Of a DNA stretch of 64,000 bases, positions 59,821 to 64,000 are shown piece by piece. Where the stretch lies: contig JBDTOD010000002.1 in assembly GCA_039933415.1 (NCBI GenBank), positions 17,767 through 81,766 on the forward strand, read 5' to 3'. A program made the translations under genes and the position numbers. The notes under the pieces were generated by a model that ran no database searches, was not told the DNA's origin, and saw nothing but the letters and a program-made list of their open reading frames with translations. Origin of the DNA: a bacterium (GTDB taxonomy: Bacteria; Gemmatimonadota; Gemmatimonadetes; Gemmatimonadales; Gemmatimonadaceae). Every line of letters begins with the position of its first letter. Position 1 is the stretch's first letter.

Positions 59821-61136
59821 CGAAGATCAACGAGACGCACGACGCGTCGCGGCGCTCGTGGGTGACGTCGGCCGACTCGAGCGCCGACTTCCCAATCCAG
59901 AATCTTCCGTTGGGTTTGGCCAGCGTGGCAGGCGGGCCGGCCGTGCCGGTGATCGCGATCGGCGACGACGCGCTCGATCTTTCATCGGCACGTGCGCACG
60001 CGATGCTCGATCCAGAGCTGTCGGGCTTGATCGAGACCTGCGAGTCGGCCGGTGCGCTCAACCCCCTCGTGGCTGCAGGGCGCGATGCGCTCACTCGATT
60101 GCGCGCGCGCGTCAGCCGGCTGCTGCGAACGGATACGCCGGAGGGCGGCGCTGCCCGCGTTCGCGCCAGCGAGCTCCTCGTGCCGCGCAGCGCGCTCTCG
60201 TTCAAGCTCCCGGTTCAGGTGGGGAACTACACGGACTTCTACGCCTCGATCCATCACGCCACGAACGTCGGTCGCATGTTCCGTCCGGACAACCCGTTGC
60301 TGCCGAACTACAAGTGGGTGCCCATCGGATATCACGGACGTGCGTCGTCGGTCGTCGTGAGCGGTACCGCGGTGCGCCGCCCGAACGGACAGACGCGCGA
60401 CGATGCGTCGGCGCCTCCGCAGTTCGGGCCGACCCGGCGAATGGACTATGAGCTGGAAGTCGGCGCTATCATCGGGCAGGGAAACGCGCTCGGCGAGCCG
60501 ATCTCTCTCGCCGACGCCGAAGCGCACATGGCAGGGCTGTGCCTCGTGAACGACTGGTCGGCGCGCGACATCCAGAGCTGGGAGTATCAGCCGCTCGGTC
60601 CTTTTCTCTCGAAGAGCTTCGCGACGAGCGTCTCGCCGTGGATCGTGACGATGGATGCGCTCGAGCCGTTTCGCGCCCGTGCGTTTGAACGGGCGGCCGG
60701 CGATCCATCACCGCTCCCATATCTGTTCGATGAGCGAAACGAGATCGCGGGGGGCGTCGACATCACGCTGGAAGTCCGACTCTCCTCGCTGCGCATGCGC
60801 GATGAAGGACACGCGCCGATCCGCGTCAGCCGCGGAAGCTTCCGATCGATGTACTGGACGATGGCACAGATGCTGACCCATCACGCGAGCAACGGCTGCA
60901 ATCTGCGGCCGGGCGATCTGCTCGCGAGTGGCACGGTGAGCGGCGAGACTCCGGAGTCGCGCGGATGTTTGCTCGAACGCACATGGCGCGGTACTGAGCC
61001 GATGACGTTTCCCACCGGCGAGGCGCGACGGTTTCTCGAGAACGGCGACGAGGTGACGATGCGCGGTTGGTGCGAACGCGAAGGCTTTCGCACGATCGGC
61101 TTCGGCGAGGTTCGCGGCCGAGTGTCAGGGGACTAG
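59817..61136 (+). CDS. fahA: fumarylacetoacetase
   Basis: RRSWV...DFPIQNLPLG N-terminus, GNYTDFYASIHHATNVG, YHGRASSVVVSG, LEVGAIIG, NDWSARDIQSWEYQPLGPF, MYWTMAQMLTHH. GTG start overlaps the upstream stop (GTGA). Confidence 0.9.
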   Translation: MTKINETHDASRRSWVTSADSSADFPIQNLPLGLASVAGGPAVPVIAIGDDALDLSSARAHAMLDPELSGLIETCESAGALNPLVAAGRDALTRLRARVSRLLRTDTPEGGAARVRASELLVPRSALSFKLPVQVGNYTDFYASIHHATNVGRMFRPDNPLLPNYKWVPIGYHGRASSVVVSGTAVRRPNGQTRDDASAPPQFGPTRRMDYELEVGAIIGQGNALGEPISLADAEAHMAGLCLVNDWSARDIQSWEYQPLGPFLSKSFATSVSPWIVTMDALEPFRARAFERAAGDPSPLPYLFDERNEIAGGVDITLEVRLSSLRMRDEGHAPIRVSRGSFRSMYWTMAQMLTHHASNGCNLRPGDLLASGTVSGETPESRGCLLERTWRGTEPMTFPTGEARRFLENGDEVTMRGWCEREGFRTIGFGEVRGRVSGD

Positions 61137-62078
61137 CGGCGTCGCGGACGTCGGAGTGCCAGGCGCGTTCTCCGGTACGATACCAGCGGGGAATGTCGCC
61201 GCCGCGCGCGTCCACGGCTTCACCAGCAGCGTCTGCCCGATGCGGATTCGATCGCCGGTGAGATTGTTCCACGCGCGAAGCTGATCCGAAGTGGCGCCGT
61301 ACAACGTTGCCACCGACGAGAGCGCCTCGCCCCGCTTGACCGTGTGGTACCAGGCGCGCCGGCCCTCGAACTGCTGGGTGAGCCTCTCCCGCTCCCGCTC
61401 GCGCTTCACTTCTCGCCGGTGCCAGCCGACCAACCTGAGTGCGGCGTACTTCTTCGCGATGGCGGCACGGACCGCATCGGCGTCGCTGGCCGCTCCGGCC
61501 GGAAAGCCCACCACCAGTCGTGGCTCCCGCGGCGCGGCGATCGCAAGCGCGCGCGCCACGTAGAAGAAGGTCCTCGTGGGTCTCACGCTGACCAGCGTGT
61601 CGATGGGCCATTCGCGCTGGTCGAAGGTCGGAGGTGCGTCCGGTGGGCTGAGCGGGTCGCGGGGTTGAAGGCCCAGATAGAGGATGCGACCACCGACCGG
61701 CCGCGAGGTATCCGGCGCCGCATCGGTGACGACCATGATGCCGCGGGTCGCCCGGAAATAATCGATGAGTGGACGCTGCCACACGCTGACCGACGCCACC
61801 ACGCGCTCGTTGGGCCGAAGCACGGTGAGCTGCAGCTCCCGCTCCGCGAAGACGCGTGAGTCGCGTGGGTCGGCGCGATAGGCATGCAACCCGATCTGTG
61901 CCGCGCTCACGATGATCGACAATCCGATGCTTGCCGCGAGGTACTTCAGCCAGATGGGATACGGCGCGCGCCGTCGCTTTCGGCGGTTGCGGCGCGGCAT
62001 CGCGTCCCAGTTCGGCAGATCGGCGAGATCGCCGCTCCAGATGCCTTCTGCGGGGATCGGTCGCGGTGCGTCAGACAC
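61125..62078 (-). CDS. membrane-anchored LysM domain protein
   Basis: RRKRRR then TM LKYLAASIGLSIIVSAAQIGL. C-terminal LysM YHTVKRGEALSSVATLYGATSDQLRAWNNLTGDRIRIGQTLLV. Confidence 0.75.
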   Translation of the reverse strand: MSDAPRPIPAEGIWSGDLADLPNWDAMPRRNRRKRRRAPYPIWLKYLAASIGLSIIVSAAQIGLHAYRADPRDSRVFAERELQLTVLRPNERVVASVSVWQRPLIDYFRATRGIMVVTDAAPDTSRPVGGRILYLGLQPRDPLSPPDAPPTFDQREWPIDTLVSVRPTRTFFYVARALAIAAPREPRLVVGFPAGAASDADAVRAAIAKKYAALRLVGWHRREVKRERERERLTQQFEGRRAWYHTVKRGEALSSVATLYGATSDQLRAWNNLTGDRIRIGQTLLVKPWTRAAATFPAGIVPENAPGTPTSATPLVP

Positions 62079-62351
62079 GTGCGATGGGGGCTCGGGAATC
62101 GCCGAAACTACTATACGGGAGGGTGTCGGAACCAGCTGAGCAGCGCCCTGCGGCGGAAAGATGCAACAAATGTTGCGGCTGAGCTTGTCTGCTTCGAGTG
62201 GCTCCTGTTAACATGACCCCGTCCCCACTGGCGCCCGTTCTCCCCCCGGCGCCCGCCTCGGCCCTGTAGTTCTTCCCGACCGGAGGCTGTCATCCGTATT
62301 GCCGCCGTCGCCCGTCAGCTCCTGTTCGCTGCTGCCGCAGCGTGCACCGTC

Positions 62352-63173
62352 GTGTTCACGGCGACGCGTGTGCGTCCTGTGTTCCTCGGCCAGGCGCCCG
62401 TGGCGGGCCGAGTGCTGGCCGCTGCCTACCTCGACTCCTCGACGGTTCGCGCGCCCTGGCTCAGCCTCCCCGAGCCCCTCGCGATGCGCCACCCGCAGTT
62501 CCTGCGCGATGTCGAGGCCTTCGCGGCTGACCTGCGCCTCACGGGCCAGATCGGAGCCGAGCGTGCGGATACCATCGCGCGAGTGGCAGTGCGGGAAGCG
62601 TACCATCGCCGAATCCCGCCCGCGCTCGTGCTCGGCGTGATGCTGACGGAGAACGATCGGTTTGCCAGAAACGCCCGGTCCAAGGTGGGCGCGATGGGAT
62701 TGATGCAGATCATGCCGCGGATGTGGACGCCGAACCTCGGTCCGATCCTCGGGCGCAACCTCAAGGACGATGAAACGAACCTTCGCTACGGCGTCTACAT
62801 CCTCAAGCACTTCGCCAAGCGCACGGCGGACACGCTCGATGCCCGGGACGTGATCAGGTCGGCTCTGCTGAGCTACAACGGCTGCGTCAGCGGACGTAAC
62901 ACGCCGGACTGCAAGGCGTATCCCAGAAAGGTTCAGCAGCGCGTAGACGAGAGCGCTCGGACGATCTGCTCCGGCCGCGATTTCCACGAGTGCGTGGCGC
63001 TGCCGCTCTGGGCGGCGCTGCGCGACACGGCTCCGCCGCCCATGCCGCCCGCCATGGCAAACGTGCTAACCGAGAGGGCGACCGACCGCTCGCACGCCGC
63101 GCCGAGCACCTCCGTACACTCCGTCGCCTTGAGCGCATGGCTCGGCGGCGTCATGAGCGCGCGTCGGGAATAG
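62352..63173 (+). CDS. lytic transglycosylase (SLT domain) protein
   Basis: SLT motifs VMLTENDRF (catalytic E), GAMGLMQIMP, YGVYILKHF, LLSYNGC. 62352 is the first GTG/ATG/TTG in frame. The frame is open from 62217 and encodes a signal-anchor-like segment upstream (see findings). Confidence 0.75.
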   Translation: MFTATRVRPVFLGQAPVAGRVLAAAYLDSSTVRAPWLSLPEPLAMRHPQFLRDVEAFAADLRLTGQIGAERADTIARVAVREAYHRRIPPALVLGVMLTENDRFARNARSKVGAMGLMQIMPRMWTPNLGPILGRNLKDDETNLRYGVYILKHFAKRTADTLDARDVIRSALLSYNGCVSGRNTPDCKAYPRKVQQRVDESARTICSGRDFHECVALPLWAALRDTAPPPMPPAMANVLTERATDRSHAAPSTSVHSVALSAWLGGVMSARRE

Positions 63174-63206
63174 CGATCGCGAATCTCCCGCGCCGCCAAT
63201 CGGCAG

Positions 63207-63239
63207 AAGAGGGCGAGGCCAATGGCCTCGCCCTCTTTT
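63207..63239 (+). terminator. rho-independent terminator (13-bp stem + TTTT)
   Basis: AGAGGGCGAGGCC-aat-GGCCTCGCCCTCT followed by TTTT, 34 nt after the SLT stop. Confidence 0.7.
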
Positions 63240-63262
63240 CGTTGACATTCTCACCGACGGGG

Positions 63263-64000
63263 CTACGGGATCGGTTCGATCCTGGTCGCGGCGCTCTGCT
63301 TCATGCTGATCTCGGCTCCCTGAGCGAGTATGGTGAGCTTGAGATTCACGTCGTCGTTCGACGTGGCGCCAAGGAACACGCCCTTGCTGCTCACGAAGAA
63401 GGATCCGCTGCTCGAGCTGACCGACTCCATGGAGATCGGCGTACCCTGCGAAGTGCCGCTGCCCGCGGCCTTCACCGACGTGACCCGCGCGATCTTGAAC
63501 GCCTTCGTTCCGCCAATCGTGGTATCGCGCTCGACGGTGAAGTTGGAAACCATCGTGCGGTCCACCTCCATCCCCTGCTGCGAGATCTTTCCGCTCGTGG
63601 TGTCGGACCAGGCGAGCCCGGTCTTGAGGTTGCCGTGGTACGACGGCAGGTATCGCGTGATGCCCTCAGCGATCTGCGAGACGAGCGGATTGGCGCTGGC
63701 CGGAGTCTTCGTGGAGTACACGCGACCAGTCGGGGAGACGAGCGACACGAATCTCGCGCCGAGCAGGGAGCTCACATCCGCGCCTGCGGCAGACCCGCTC
63801 ATGGCGATCGAGTCGAGAGTGATCGTGGCGAGGAGCGTGTCCTTCGTCTGCTGCGCGAGGTTGAGCGTGATCTGCTGACGCATGCCCAGCTCGAAGTTGC
63901 TGTTCCCCATCGGGCTCGACTGACTTCCCTTCGTGGTCGTCGAGACGCGATACCGGGTCGTGCCCGCGGTGTACTCCACGTTCTGCGCACGGAGGGGCAG
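63263..64000 (-). CDS. hypothetical Ser/Thr-rich beta-rich protein (5' end probably beyond the window)
   Basis: The ORF is open to the window edge in frame (LPLRAQN precedes the GTG at 63979). No family recognised. Confidence 0.5.
   Translation of the reverse strand: MPLRAQNVEYTAGTTRYRVSTTTKGSQSSPMGNSNFELGMRQQITLNLAQQTKDTLLATITLDSIAMSGSAAGADVSSLLGARFVSLVSPTGRVYSTKTPASANPLVSQIAEGITRYLPSYHGNLKTGLAWSDTTSGKISQQGMEVDRTMVSNFTVERDTTIGGTKAFKIARVTSVKAAGSGTSQGTPISMESVSSSSGSFFVSSKGVFLGATSNDDVNLKLTILAQGAEISMKQSAATRIEPIP

Overview
GC-rich (roughly two-thirds G+C by eye) chromosomal segment. The protein repertoire looks like a soil Gemmatimonadota/Acidobacteriota-type bacterium, which I cannot verify here. 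I call about 50 CDS. I saw no rRNA, tRNA, CRISPR array, transposase or integrase. Many long antisense or off-frame ORFs in the track are high-GC artefacts. The window has four blocks. (i) 1-14.8 kb is carbohydrate oxidation and use: two GMC dehydrogenase / Tat small-subunit pairs, Gfo/Idh/MocA, DUF1080, a TIM-barrel isomerase, GH97 and pgm. (ii) 15-20.7 kb holds two paralogous beta-helix lipoproteins, one carrying about six Big_2 domains. (iii) 20.8-52.5 kb is a roughly 29-kb exopolysaccharide (EPS) locus. It is arranged as two long minus-strand operons with 4-nt ATGA gene overlaps, plus wza/PGT, wzc, a REC-degenerate-GGDEF protein and a sigma54 response regulator / kinase pair. It encodes an AlgD-like dehydrogenase, five glycosyltransferases, a priming phosphoglycosyl transferase (PGT), a Wzy-like protein, two AsnB amidotransferases, a deacetylase, three acylation genes and a cytoplasmic heparinase II/III-like protein. 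(iv) 52.5-64 kb is mixed: DUF1800/DUF1501, a Big_2-cupredoxin lipoprotein, a SET-domain methyltransferase operon ending in fumarylacetoacetase, and a LysM/SLT pair. The best candidates for something new are the alginate-flavoured Wzy-dependent EPS locus and its odd accessory genes, the degenerate-GGDEF regulator with an intact I-site, the SET-domain operon, the Big_2-cupredoxin fusion, and a GGGGTCAG-based palindromic repeat family. All family assignments come from motif recognition by eye, since no searches were possible.
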